This document shows positions 1-8,447 of a stretch of 64,000 nt of DNA, piece by piece (positions within the stretch are counted from its first letter, which is position 1; the number at the start of each line of letters is the position of its first letter). Position numbers and translations under genes: made by a program. The notes beneath the pieces are model-generated. The model saw only the letters and a program-made list of their open reading frames with translations, ran no database searches and was not told the DNA's origin. Where the stretch lies: sequence record NC_019405.1; one strand, 5' to 3'.

Positions 1-694
1 CAGGCCGCACATAGCGCAGGCGCGGCTCGGAGTCGGGCAGATAATGAGCCACTTCAGCGCACCTATGCGCCATCTCGTGGACATGGCGCTCGTAGCGGCG
101 CAGGGCGTCGTTGTAGCGCCCGCCGGAATAGGGCTCGATCATGTTGATGGTCTTCTCGTAATACTGGCCGGACAGCCAATCCATGGCGTACTTCTGATAG
201 GGGTAGGGCGCGAAGGCCTTGGCCATGTTCTGGGTGATGACGGCCTCGGACTTGTGCATCTGGGCGACGATCTGCTGGAGCCGCGACTTGCCGGCTTTCC
301 GAGGCGCGACGAGCAGATCGCCCAGGCCCAGAGTCGTGTCCTCGATGATCTTGAGGTCCTTCCAAGTCGTCGCACTCACGCCCCCGGACGGCGAGGCAGG
401 GTCGACCGCCAGGATCATCTTGCCGATCTTGCCGTCGAGCGCCGCCACGGTCTGCGCCATCTTCGAGAGCGGCAGGCTGTTGTCGAGAGGAAACACTGCA
501 TCGAGCGTGTCCGTCGGAAACAGCGGCTTGGCGTAGGCGTCCCGCAGCTTCGTAAGCGCTTCCAGGGCCTTGCCGGTCGGGGCGATCATCTGGGCGATCG
601 CCGTTTCAGGCGGGCGCGCGGTCTTGCCTCCCAGGCCCAGATTGCTCAGAAAGTCCGGCTCAGGCGGAGCGGAGGCGGACGACAGGCTGATCAC
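1..694 (-). CDS. hypothetical protein, runs off the left edge (partial; start uncertain)
   Basis: Open minus frame with high-GC3 codons (EPDFLSNLGLGGK...YSGGRYNDALRRYERHVHEMAHRC...) and no stop before base 1, so it is missing from the ORF track; GTG at 694 is tentative. Confidence 0.65.
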   Translation of the reverse strand, partial: MISLSSASAPPEPDFLSNLGLGGKTARPPETAIAQMIAPTGKALEALTKLRDAYAKPLFPTDTLDAVFPLDNSLPLSKMAQTVAALDGKIGKMILAVDPASPSGGVSATTWKDLKIIEDTTLGLGDLLVAPRKAGKSRLQQIVAQMHKSEAVITQNMAKAFAPYPYQKYAMDWLSGQYYEKTINMIEPYSGGRYNDALRRYERHVHEMAHRCAEVAHYLPDSEPRLRYVRP

Positions 695-1298
695 CTCGGA
701 GATAGAGGGGATGGCGCGGGTGGCCGTCCTTGGACTTCCCGAGGCACTTGACCTCGACCCCGGTGATTTCCGCCTGTTGGACCGCGCCATAATCCTGATC
801 CTTGAACTCCCCATGCACGCCCCAGGCGGCGATCACGTCGGCGCCGGCGGTCATGGCATATTCGAACACGTGCTGGAGGACGCGGGCGTTCATCGGCCCG
901 ATCGGGTCCTCGGCCGCCTTCATCGCCGCCGGCGAGGGCGAGCGGAAGGCGAAGAGATTGGCGACGATGATCCCGCCATAGTCATCCCGGCGAGCAAAGC
1001 CCATGCAGCGCCGGATCGTCGGATCGTCCAGCCGCGCCGTCGCGGTCGACGGGTTCAGCATCAGGAAGATCAGCAGCGGCTTGCCAGGGTCCCAGACCCG
1101 CATGAGGAGATAGCGGAAGGTCTCGCACCGCGACAGCAGGGCGGCCTTGATCACGCCATCCTCCACCACCGCGTCGCCGTAGACATCGGTCAGGTCGGGA
1201 TCGAACACGGCCTCCAGCGAGGTTCCGTCCAGGACCTGGAGCAGGCCCTTCCAGGTGGCTTCCACCGCCTCGCCGGTGATCTGGGGTGCTGTCGTCAT
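660..1298 (-). CDS. DUF1643 family protein
   Basis: YRYLLMRVWD, FLMLNPSTA...DDPTIRRC, NLFAFRS, PRHPLY motifs; start moved to ATG 1298 (1307 possible). Confidence 0.85.
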   Translation of the reverse strand: MTTAPQITGEAVEATWKGLLQVLDGTSLEAVFDPDLTDVYGDAVVEDGVIKAALLSRCETFRYLLMRVWDPGKPLLIFLMLNPSTATARLDDPTIRRCMGFARRDDYGGIIVANLFAFRSPSPAAMKAAEDPIGPMNARVLQHVFEYAMTAGADVIAAWGVHGEFKDQDYGAVQQAEITGVEVKCLGKSKDGHPRHPLYLRGDQPVVRLRSA

Positions 1299-1334
1299 TC
1301 CTGACATTTGCCCTGAAACGCCGGGGCCTGTCAA
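1298..1334 (-). promoter_or_regulatory. possible sigma70-type promoter for the DUF1643 gene (possibly leaderless)
   Basis: TTGACA at 1334-1329 just after a terminator; weak -10; predicted start site falls near ATG 1298. Confidence 0.35.
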
Positions 1335-1340
1335 CGCTTG

Positions 1341-1376
1341 AAATCAAAAGGGCCGCCCCAGCGGGACGGCCCTTTC
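1341..1376 (-). terminator. intrinsic terminator
   Basis: AAAGGGCCG...CGGCCCTTT hairpin followed by TTTTGATTT on the minus strand. Confidence 0.85.
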
Positions 1377-1596
1377 TCGATCTTGTCGAACTTCGCCGAT
1401 CCGAAACCGGGGCTTCCCGGCGACCGCCTCGGAGTTCGACCTTGTAGCGCCTCTAACGCTTGCCCCGCGTCGCGGCTTGGGAGCACCGAGCCTTGACGCT
1501 GATCTAGTGGGCGGCAGGTGATCGCGGCGGTCATTGCCTCCTTCAAGGGCGAGGCCCTCTCATGCCCGCGCAGCTTAGGCGGCGGCGCGGATCACG

Positions 1597-1959
1597 TCAA
1601 TCCCCCGGATAGCTGGCGCAGACCTCGCGCAGGATAGAGCGCAGCGGCTCGCCCGGCACCGCCAGGGGCTTGAGCTTGCGGCTCTCGTCCCAGGCCATGG
1701 CGTTGGCGTGCAGAAGCCAGAGCACGAAGGCACGCAGGTCCTTGACCCCGTCGGGCAGCGGGATGCCGCGCGCGGTGGGGACGTGGAAGACCCGCCCATC
1801 ATCCGTGTACGCGAGAACCTCGTCGAGCACCGTGGCCCGCTTCTTAGCTTCGGCGAGGACAGCGACACCCTTCTGGAACTCACTGACCTGGATGAGCGCC
1901 CGGCGCTCCTTAGGGAAGTGGGTCTTGGTCCACCAGGAGGGCTTGCTGTTTGAGGACAC
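1597..1959 (-). CDS. hypothetical protein
   Basis: Operon-like minus ORF; GTG 1959 with GGAG SD; overlaps the upstream gene by 50 nt. Confidence 0.6.
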   Translation of the reverse strand: MSSNSKPSWWTKTHFPKERRALIQVSEFQKGVAVLAEAKKRATVLDEVLAYTDDGRVFHVPTARGIPLPDGVKDLRAFVLWLLHANAMAWDESRKLKPLAVPGEPLRSILREVCASYPGD

Positions 1960-2173
1960 GGTTACGCTCCAGGAGGGCACGCAGCGAGGGGATGTCGCCG
2001 TCCGCCATCTGGTAGAGGCGGACGAACTCGTCGTAGTCGTACTCGTTGATGAGGTCCCGCATCGCCTGCGGGAGCTTGTCGATGGTCTTGAAGAGCCGGC
2101 GCCTATAGCGCTGGGCCTCCATGCGCCGGCGGATGGCGGCGTGGCGCGTCTTGGCCGCCCGAACGCGCCGCAT
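1910..2173 (-). CDS. hypothetical protein (87 aa, basic N-terminus)
   Basis: ATG overlaps the stop of the protease gene (TGATG). Confidence 0.65.
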   Translation of the reverse strand: MRRVRAAKTRHAAIRRRMEAQRYRRRLFKTIDKLPQAMRDLINEYDYDEFVRLYQMADGDIPSLRALLERNRVLKQQALLVDQDPLP

Positions 2174-2682
2174 CAGGCCGCCGGGGCGATCCAGTCCTCG
2201 CGGTCGTCGGCGTAGAGCACCGCCGCCAGCTTCCCCGTGCCGATGTCGCACTTGGCCGCCGCCTCGACCGCCTGGGGCGCGGTGGCCCCCATGTGGAGCG
2301 CGCCCAAGGCCGACCACGTGCCCGAGCCGAAGGCGTAGAACGGCGCGCGCATGGTGTAGGCCGGCGCGCCGCTCTCGAACCGCAGGCAGAGACCGTCGGG
2401 CAGGATGATGTAGCCGTTGGTCTCCTTGTCCGGCTTCTCGGGGCGCCCCATGTCGCAGTAGGCGTCGCGCCCGCCGCTGGCCAGCCACTCGTCGAAGGCC
2501 GGCGAGCGCACCCAGTCGTTGAAGATTTGGACGTAGGCCGATTCGCCCGCCGCGCCGAACAGCAGCGTGCCGCCGGGACCCTTGCGCTTGCCGATCTTCT
2601 GGACATTCCCGCAGGGCGTCCAGAGGTCGAGAACCCGAGCATCAGCGGCCAGCACGCCGTCGCGATAGACGATACACGTCAT
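2173..2682 (-). CDS. HslV/proteasome beta-subunit-like Ntn (Thr) protease
   Basis: N-terminal MT-C-I-V-Y-R-D-G-V-L-A-A-D, QKI, AFGSG..ALGAL, AV..A...D..TG pattern; GAGGAG SD. Confidence 0.75.
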   Translation of the reverse strand: MTCIVYRDGVLAADARVLDLWTPCGNVQKIGKRKGPGGTLLFGAAGESAYVQIFNDWVRSPAFDEWLASGGRDAYCDMGRPEKPDKETNGYIILPDGLCLRFESGAPAYTMRAPFYAFGSGTWSALGALHMGATAPQAVEAAAKCDIGTGKLAAVLYADDREDWIAPAA

Positions 2683-2712
2683 ACGTCCAAACTCCTCAAA
2701 AGCAACTTCAGA

Positions 2713-3405
2713 TCAGCGCGGGGCTTGCGGCAGGCGCTTGGCCGCCGGGTTCCGGGCCGAGCCCGTGGTCGGACCCGCCAGACGCCCGACCTTCTCGGCC
2801 TTGAAGCCCTCGGGGCGCAGGGGCGTGCGCGACTTGCCCGACGCAGCGGACCGCTCCTTGACGAGGTCATCGCCGCCCTGGGTCTGGGGCGTGGCGCCCT
2901 TGATCACGCCGCCCTTGCGGTTGACGTTCGGGGCGTTGACCGACTGGACCTGCCCGTTGGCGCCAGCCGCGATCTGACGCGTCGTCAGATCGACCAGGGC
3001 GTCGGCGAAGGCCGACAGCAGGGCCAGGGCGGAGTCCTCGACCGGCTTGGCCGAGACGCCGGTGAAGCCGGTGTCCTCGTGCTTGGCCTTGCCGCTGATC
3101 CGCACCGAGATCAGCCGGGTCTTCTTGTTGCGGAACAGGCCCGAGACCTCCTCGCGGGTCGAGACGTCGACGCGGGCGCCGGGCGCGACCGTTTCCAGAA
3201 GGGCCAGGGTGGCGTAGTAGCTGTTGACGAAATTGAGGGCCGCGCCCTTGGGATGGCCGACGGCGGCGGCGATCTTGGCGAAGCCGTTGTCGATCACGGT
3301 GCAGGCGAGGCTGGTCGGATAGGACTCGGTCAGCAGGTTGTTGACCTGGGTCTTCAGGGTCTTCAGTTGGTTGATGTCCAGGGTGAGGGCGCGCTTGGCG
3401 ACCAT
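2713..3405 (-). CDS. hypothetical protein (230 aa, Lys/Ala-rich C-tail)
   Basis: AGGAG SD, strong codon bias. Confidence 0.75.
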   Translation of the reverse strand: MVAKRALTLDINQLKTLKTQVNNLLTESYPTSLACTVIDNGFAKIAAAVGHPKGAALNFVNSYYATLALLETVAPGARVDVSTREEVSGLFRNKKTRLISVRISGKAKHEDTGFTGVSAKPVEDSALALLSAFADALVDLTTRQIAAGANGQVQSVNAPNVNRKGGVIKGATPQTQGGDDLVKERSAASGKSRTPLRPEGFKAEKVGRLAGPTTGSARNPAAKRLPQAPR

Positions 3406-3415
3406 GGTCTTTCTC

Positions 3416-3952
3416 CTAGTCCTGCTCGTCGATCAGGCGAGCGCGTTGAGTGTTGCCGTGGCGATAATCGTTCCAGTGGTCCATCTTGACGAACTTCCCG
3501 CCCACCGTGCGTTGGACGAAAATCCCGTCCGGGGAGACCAGCCCGTATTTCTCGTCCGCCTCGTTGATCATGCGGAAGAACTCCGCCTGCCAGGGGATCG
3601 GCATCTCCTGGAGCGACACGCGCGGCAGGCAGAGCCAGGAGGCGTAGGAGAGCCCGAAGAAGTAGCTCGACGGGGTGTCGTGCAGTGGCACGTCGCCGGC
3701 GTAGTGCGTCACGTGCCCGGTCTCGGGATTGCGCGCCGAATGGCTCCAGGCGGCCCAGAGATCGCGGCGGCTGGCCTCGGCGTCGGCCTGACCCCGGATG
3801 ATCGCCTGGACGTCTGGCGTATAGCCCGAGAAGGCGGTGGTGTCGTTCTCGTCCAGGCAGTCGGCCAGGGCCGCGCGCAAGGCCGATCGCAGCTTGTCCT
3901 CGGTCAAGGTCGCGTCGGCGGCGATCTGGGCGATACGGTCGCGGAAGGTCAT
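3416..3952 (-). CDS. hypothetical phage protein (178 aa)
   Basis: ATG 3952 overlaps the upstream stop; C-terminal FGLSYASWLCLPR...MP..WQ block. Confidence 0.75.
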   Translation of the reverse strand: MTFRDRIAQIAADATLTEDKLRSALRAALADCLDENDTTAFSGYTPDVQAIIRGQADAEASRRDLWAAWSHSARNPETGHVTHYAGDVPLHDTPSSYFFGLSYASWLCLPRVSLQEMPIPWQAEFFRMINEADEKYGLVSPDGIFVQRTVGGKFVKMDHWNDYRHGNTQRARLIDEQD

Positions 3953-4377
3953 TGGCAGACGTCCTTGGCGTCGCGCGCGGTCACGGGCGACATGTAGGTG
4001 TCGGGGTCCCAGGCGCCGGGCGTGCTGCCGCCATAGACATAGTCGCCCGGCGCGGGCGGCGTCATCGACCCGCCGTTGCTGGCGACCTTGCCCGGATTGG
4101 CGTAGGCCGAGAGCCACAGGCGCCCGTCGCTGCCGCGCAGGACGAATTGGCCGTTCTGGCGGCAGACGCGAGCGATGGTCATGCGCCATGCGTAGTTGAG
4201 CTTGGCCTTCTTGGCGGCCTCGTCCCGCAACCACTGTTCATGTCCCAGGCGCGCCCAGCGCGCCTTCTTGGCCACGAGGTCCTTATGCTCCTGCGACCAG
4301 AGGGGGTGGTTGTACTCGTCGCACGCCGAGAGGCTGATCCCGGCGACGACGAGCAGGAGGAGAGCGCCGCGCCGCAT
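3949..4377 (-). CDS. putative lipoprotein (142 aa)
   Basis: MRRGALLLLVVAGISLSA-C signal with lipobox; start overlaps the NAMPT stop. Confidence 0.75.
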   Translation of the reverse strand: MRRGALLLLVVAGISLSACDEYNHPLWSQEHKDLVAKKARWARLGHEQWLRDEAAKKAKLNYAWRMTIARVCRQNGQFVLRGSDGRLWLSAYANPGKVASNGGSMTPPAPGDYVYGGSTPGAWDPDTYMSPVTARDAKDVCQ

Positions 4378-5807
4378 CAGGCGATCTCGTAGCCGGCCGC
4401 GACCCGCTCGCGGATTTGGTCCAGGGTCGCCGGCTCCAGCACCTTGCCGGTGTTGAAGACCTCGTCCAGCAGGTCGTGCTCGACGACGTCGCCCTCGTGG
4501 ACCGTGATGGTCTCGAAGCGGCCGTCCTCGGTCGTCACCAGGGCCAGCTTGCCCTTCTTGGAGACCTTGCCCGGATCGGTGATCGGGTCCTTGTAGATTT
4601 CGACCCACTCGCCGTTGATCTCCTGGGCCGAGGACTTCATCGCCCACTTGTTGGTGTCGCGGTCCAGGTCGCCCGTCGCCAGACCGCCGCCGGCGGCCGT
4701 GATGATGCTGTCGGGCGCGACGCCGATGTTGCGGGCCAGGATGAACGGGTCCATGTGGGTGTTCTCGTTCATGCCGTCGCCCTGGAGGGCCTTGGCGCCC
4801 AGGTTCAGCACGTCCAGGCCGTGGCTGTTCTTCTGGGTCCCGAAACCGGCGGCCAGGGTCTGGACGACCGGCGGGATGACCTTGAAGAGGTCGCCCGAAT
4901 CCGGGCGGCAGACCGGGGTCAGGTTCTTGTTGGCGATCAGTTCCTTGCGCTCGGTCAGCTTGCCGGCGAAGCGGAAGATGTCCCAGGTGTCGCCGACCAG
5001 CGAGAAGATCGAGCCGGGAGGCACCTTGTTCAGGCAGTGGTCGATATAGTCGTCGTCGTTGTCGCGCCCGAACGCGCACGAGATCGAGTGCTCCGAGGCC
5101 AGGACCGAATAGCCCGACATCTCGCTGAAGTAGTTGATATTCGCCGCCCGCACGCCGGGGACGTTGTCCGAGCCCTGGAAGTGGAAGAGGTGGGCGATGC
5201 CGGCCAGGACCGAGTGGTCATAGCCCATGGTCCCGCGCGAGGAGAAGTCGAGGAAGGCGAACGGCGACATCGGGGTGTCGCTGTTGGCTTCCCAGAAGCT
5301 CTTGATCCGCGTGGCGATGCCGTTGACGCGCGCGGCGATCGTCGAGGCCGTCCAGACGTCGCGCAGGATCATGGTCTCGAAGTAGGAGGTCAGCCAGGGC
5401 AGGCGCGGGTCGAGGTTCTCGACCGAGATCAGCGCGTTGCGGATCGGGATCATCACGCCCTCGGGCACGGCCTTGATCCGCAGCGGGAGATAGCCGCCGT
5501 ACTCGTTCAGGATGATCTCCCAGCCGTCGCGGTTGAACGGCAGGCCGTGGGCCGGCACGAACGCGGCCATCTCCTCGACGTCGGCGCGGGTGACCGGCTT
5601 GCCGAGCTTCTGGAAGAGCAGGCGCTGGAACGCCGCCAGCATCACCTTGGGATAGCGCCCGCCCCGGCTCTCGATGTAGCTGTAGACGGTGGTGCAGCCG
5701 TCGCGATAGAGCAGCCAGTGCCCCAGCTTGTAGCTGTCGGTGTCGGCGATCAGGTTATAGGTCTCGACGGGCGGCGTGCCGTCCCAGTTGGCGAGGTCAA
5801 AGGCCAT
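4377..5807 (-). CDS. nadV: nicotinamide phosphoribosyltransferase (NAMPT)
   Basis: DTDSYK, DF.SRG, ASEHS, SLVGDTWD, RPDSGD, LQGDG, GGGL, RDT...AMK, KDPITDPGKVSKKG motifs. Confidence 0.95.
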   Translation of the reverse strand: MAFDLANWDGTPPVETYNLIADTDSYKLGHWLLYRDGCTTVYSYIESRGGRYPKVMLAAFQRLLFQKLGKPVTRADVEEMAAFVPAHGLPFNRDGWEIILNEYGGYLPLRIKAVPEGVMIPIRNALISVENLDPRLPWLTSYFETMILRDVWTASTIAARVNGIATRIKSFWEANSDTPMSPFAFLDFSSRGTMGYDHSVLAGIAHLFHFQGSDNVPGVRAANINYFSEMSGYSVLASEHSISCAFGRDNDDDYIDHCLNKVPPGSIFSLVGDTWDIFRFAGKLTERKELIANKNLTPVCRPDSGDLFKVIPPVVQTLAAGFGTQKNSHGLDVLNLGAKALQGDGMNENTHMDPFILARNIGVAPDSIITAAGGGLATGDLDRDTNKWAMKSSAQEINGEWVEIYKDPITDPGKVSKKGKLALVTTEDGRFETITVHEGDVVEHDLLDEVFNTGKVLEPATLDQIRERVAAGYEIA

Positions 5808-5821
5808 GATGAGGTCCCCCT

Positions 5822-7063
5822 TTAAGCGTTGAGGCTGAGCATGCGGTCCACGATGAAGGCGTGGTCCTCGAAGGTGTCGCCGGGGTCGATCTCCGAGATC
5901 GGGTCCCAGTCGGCGGCGGCGGCGTCGTCATGGCCCTGCACGTGCGGCAGACCCAGGCCCAGAGGCGGGGGCGGCAGGACGAAGTGGTAGGCCGTGGAGA
6001 TGATGTGGGCGCGCCGCGAGCGGTGCGGGTCGTCGAACACCTGCGGATCGCCAATCTGATAGCGGCGCAGCAGGTGCATCGCCTTCAGCACGCAGTCGGG
6101 CGCCGGCGGAGCGGCGGACTTGGTTTTCTCGGCCGCCTTGCACGCCTCCAGCCACGCGCGGTATTCCGGCAGGCGGGCGGGCGGGATGAACAGCGCCGCC
6201 TCCTCGATCACCTCGCGCAGGCAGTTGTCCAGCAGCGAGCGACCGGCGTTGACGAAGCCGCCCGGCAGGGCCTTCATCCCGAAGCCCTCGGGGCCGCCGC
6301 GCCGGATGCGCAGGATGTGGCCGGCGCACTCGACGACCGCGTCCACCGCCAGGAAGGGACCAGCGCCCCAGCGCTCGCGATAGGCGTCCTCGGCCTTCTT
6401 CTGCGACATCAGATAGGCGTATTCCGGGCGGTCCCGGAACCGCTCCAGGAAGTCGATCGTGCTCGGGTAGAGGAGATCGGTCCAGGCGTAGCCGTTGTCG
6501 CTCCACGAGGTGTCACGGAAGTTGACGGCGCCGGCGAAATAGGCCTTGCGCAGGGCGGTGGCGTTGACCCCGTTGTCCTCGACCGGGGTGTAGGGCCATT
6601 GCGGGAACCACGTCAGATACTCGCTGGTGGCGTCGCGGATGTTGCCGATCAGGGTGACGCGCGGACGCAGGACCTTGGAGGCGTTCTTGACGTGCTGCTG
6701 GACCTGGGCGATCCACTCGTTCTTCCCGTAGGGGCCGGTGTCATTGAGCGCGATCACCTCGGTGCGGCTCAGGAGATCAAGCACGAGGGCGGCGTGATCG
6801 TCCACGCGGCTCTCGACGGTCTCGGCCTCGCGGCCGGCGTCGGCCTCTTCCTGGGCCAGATCGCTGAGCCCGTTCAGGATCATCTCCTGGCGCTCGCGGA
6901 AGGTGAAGGGGTTGCGGGTGTCGCGGGCGAGATTGGCCGAACCGACGAACCACAGGACCTTGCGAGCCTTGCGGCGCGCGGCCTGGAAGAGGCGGAAGTG
7001 ACCCATCTTGGTCACCAACTGCCCCCGCGTGATCAGCACCGCGATGTCGTATTCGAAGTCCAC
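5822..7063 (-). CDS. nadM: bifunctional NMN adenylyltransferase / Nudix hydrolase (NadM-Nudix type), divergent motifs
   Basis: N-terminal nucleotidyltransferase (GH, GSAN...RNPFTF.ER..MI, NATALR) plus Nudix (AVDAVV, ALPGGFV..REVIEE, PHRS.R, DDAAAA.W, FEDH); next to NAMPT. Confidence 0.9.
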   Translation of the reverse strand: MDFEYDIAVLITRGQLVTKMGHFRLFQAARRKARKVLWFVGSANLARDTRNPFTFRERQEMILNGLSDLAQEEADAGREAETVESRVDDHAALVLDLLSRTEVIALNDTGPYGKNEWIAQVQQHVKNASKVLRPRVTLIGNIRDATSEYLTWFPQWPYTPVEDNGVNATALRKAYFAGAVNFRDTSWSDNGYAWTDLLYPSTIDFLERFRDRPEYAYLMSQKKAEDAYRERWGAGPFLAVDAVVECAGHILRIRRGGPEGFGMKALPGGFVNAGRSLLDNCLREVIEEAALFIPPARLPEYRAWLEACKAAEKTKSAAPPAPDCVLKAMHLLRRYQIGDPQVFDDPHRSRRAHIISTAYHFVLPPPPLGLGLPHVQGHDDAAAADWDPISEIDPGDTFEDHAFIVDRMLSLNA

Positions 7064-7491
7064 TATCGCTTACCCCTCATTCTGAAGCCGGGTCGGATGC
7101 GCCGGATCGGCTTGTTCTCGTCCAAGGAGCGACCTCCATAGCCGCTCAACTCGCTAAAACCGTTCATACGCACCGCGAACTGACGCGTCTTGACGGTCAA
7201 CTGGTCGCGCACGAAATCGCGCTCGACCAGGGTCAGGTCGATGACGTCGCCGAACACCTCCCCGTGGAAGATGCGCCGCCGCGCCCAGGCGATCGCCGCC
7301 CCGAGGTGCGGAAATTCCCGGTGCCGCTCGGCGTCCCGGATCGAGACGCCGTCGGCATAGCTGGCGTCAACCCAGTCCAGCTTGACCTCGCGGCGTGGCG
7401 CGGTCACCTTCTTGAACTCGATCGGCGGCGACGGTTGGCCTAGACCCCCCGTCTCGATGTCAAAAACCGCGTAGGTGATTGTCTCCGTCAT
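7063..7491 (-). CDS. hypothetical protein (142 aa)
   Basis: ATG 7491 with GAGG SD, directly behind a promoter. Confidence 0.7.
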   Translation of the reverse strand: MTETITYAVFDIETGGLGQPSPPIEFKKVTAPRREVKLDWVDASYADGVSIRDAERHREFPHLGAAIAWARRRIFHGEVFGDVIDLTLVERDFVRDQLTVKTRQFAVRMNGFSELSGYGGRSLDENKPIRRIRPGFRMRGKR

Positions 7492-7499
7492 GCCTCGCG

Positions 7500-7532
7500 A
7501 CACTACGCTTTGGGTTCTTGTATTGTCAACAC
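7500..7532 (-). promoter_or_regulatory. phage sigma70-type promoter driving the NAD operon
   Basis: GTGTTGACA-18-TAGTGT in the intergenic gap; no ACGACAA leader. Confidence 0.7.
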
Positions 7533-7533
7533 A

Positions 7534-8007
7534 TCACTTCAGGAGCTTGAGGACGGGGGCGTGATATTTGAACCCCGCCTCGCTGATCGGCCCCACGCCC
7601 ACGAAGGTGATGGTCGGCTTGTCGAACACCGTGCGGCCCGCGTCGAGGACGAGGGTCGCGCCGGCATGGTCGCGGAACCGCTCATAGAGGGCTTCCAACT
7701 CGGCGCTGGTCCCGGTGTGGAGCGCGATCTTCACGGCCGACTGCGAGTAGCGGTACTGCCGCGCGATCCTGGGGAACCGCTCCATGGCGTCCCACCACGC
7801 ATGCAGGTAGGCGTGGCCGGCCTGAGCCGCGAGCTTGCCCAGGTTGAGGGATTTTTCGTCCGGCTTGCGGCGGTTCTTTGCCACGGTCATCGCGTCGAGC
7901 GCGTCCTGGCTCACGATGGCGTAGAGGCGCAGTTCGGCCTCGGGCTTGCCAGCGAAGACCGCCATCAGTGAGTCCCAGGCGTTGCGCCATGCGTCGATCA
8001 GGTTCAT
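7534..8007 (-). CDS. pth2: peptidyl-tRNA hydrolase type 2 (Pth2-like)
   Basis: GKLAAQAGHA, VKIAL, L..DAGRTVF..PT.T.VGVGP motifs. Confidence 0.85.
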   Translation of the reverse strand: MNLIDAWRNAWDSLMAVFAGKPEAELRLYAIVSQDALDAMTVAKNRRKPDEKSLNLGKLAAQAGHAYLHAWWDAMERFPRIARQYRYSQSAVKIALHTGTSAELEALYERFRDHAGATLVLDAGRTVFDKPTITFVGVGPISEAGFKYHAPVLKLLK

Positions 8008-8447
8008 GAAAAGCGGCTTTCGTAGGAGGCCTCCAGGGCGATTGCCGCGTCAAAGGCGACGTCGATGAGGTCCTCGTGTATGAGAACATCGAAGGAGCGA
8101 TCGACCCGTAGGGCGAACTGGGCTTCCATCGAACGGTTGAAGGCCAGGAGGTCCTTGTGGAGCCCCGCCATGCGGTCCAGGAGTTTGATCGCGTAGACGT
8201 CCGGCCCGAAGGTCCCTCGCGTCTGATGCAGACGCTTCTTGACGTCGTTGATCGTCTCCCAGGACTTGACCTTCAAGTCCTCCATGAGGTCGGCCTGCTG
8301 CTCGACCCGGATCAGGTGGCGCAGCAGGCGCCGGAGCCGGGCCTGGATTTGATCAGGCGGGGCCGACGGCGGAGGAGCGCGACACTCCTCCGCCTCGGTG
8401 GCGATCATCTGCCGCGCCCGGTTGACGCAGTCGAGGATCGAAGCCAT
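8004..8447 (-). CDS. hypothetical protein (147 aa)
   Basis: Coupled to neighbours, helical. Confidence 0.7.
   Translation of the reverse strand: MASILDCVNRARQMIATEAEECRAPPPSAPPDQIQARLRRLLRHLIRVEQQADLMEDLKVKSWETINDVKKRLHQTRGTFGPDVYAIKLLDRMAGLHKDLLAFNRSMEAQFALRVDRSFDVLIHEDLIDVAFDAAIALEASYESRFS

Noticed and set aside
1420-1445. GTTCGA T-loop-like words suggesting a tRNA
   Set aside because: No T-stem, D-arm, anticodon arm or acceptor stem can be formed
1331-1546. 71-aa minus ORF
   Set aside because: Atypical codons, SD too close to the ATG, and it runs through the terminator; treated as non-coding and flagged as a possible sRNA
1910-1959. 50-nt overlap of two genes as a possible frameshift
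   Set aside because: The downstream frame has its own GGAG SD and GTG, and both frames show plausible codons, so two overlapping genes is the simpler reading
3449-3460. GAGTGTTGCC resembling the cassette core
   Set aside because: Inside coding sequence, oriented against the genes, with no -10 or leader
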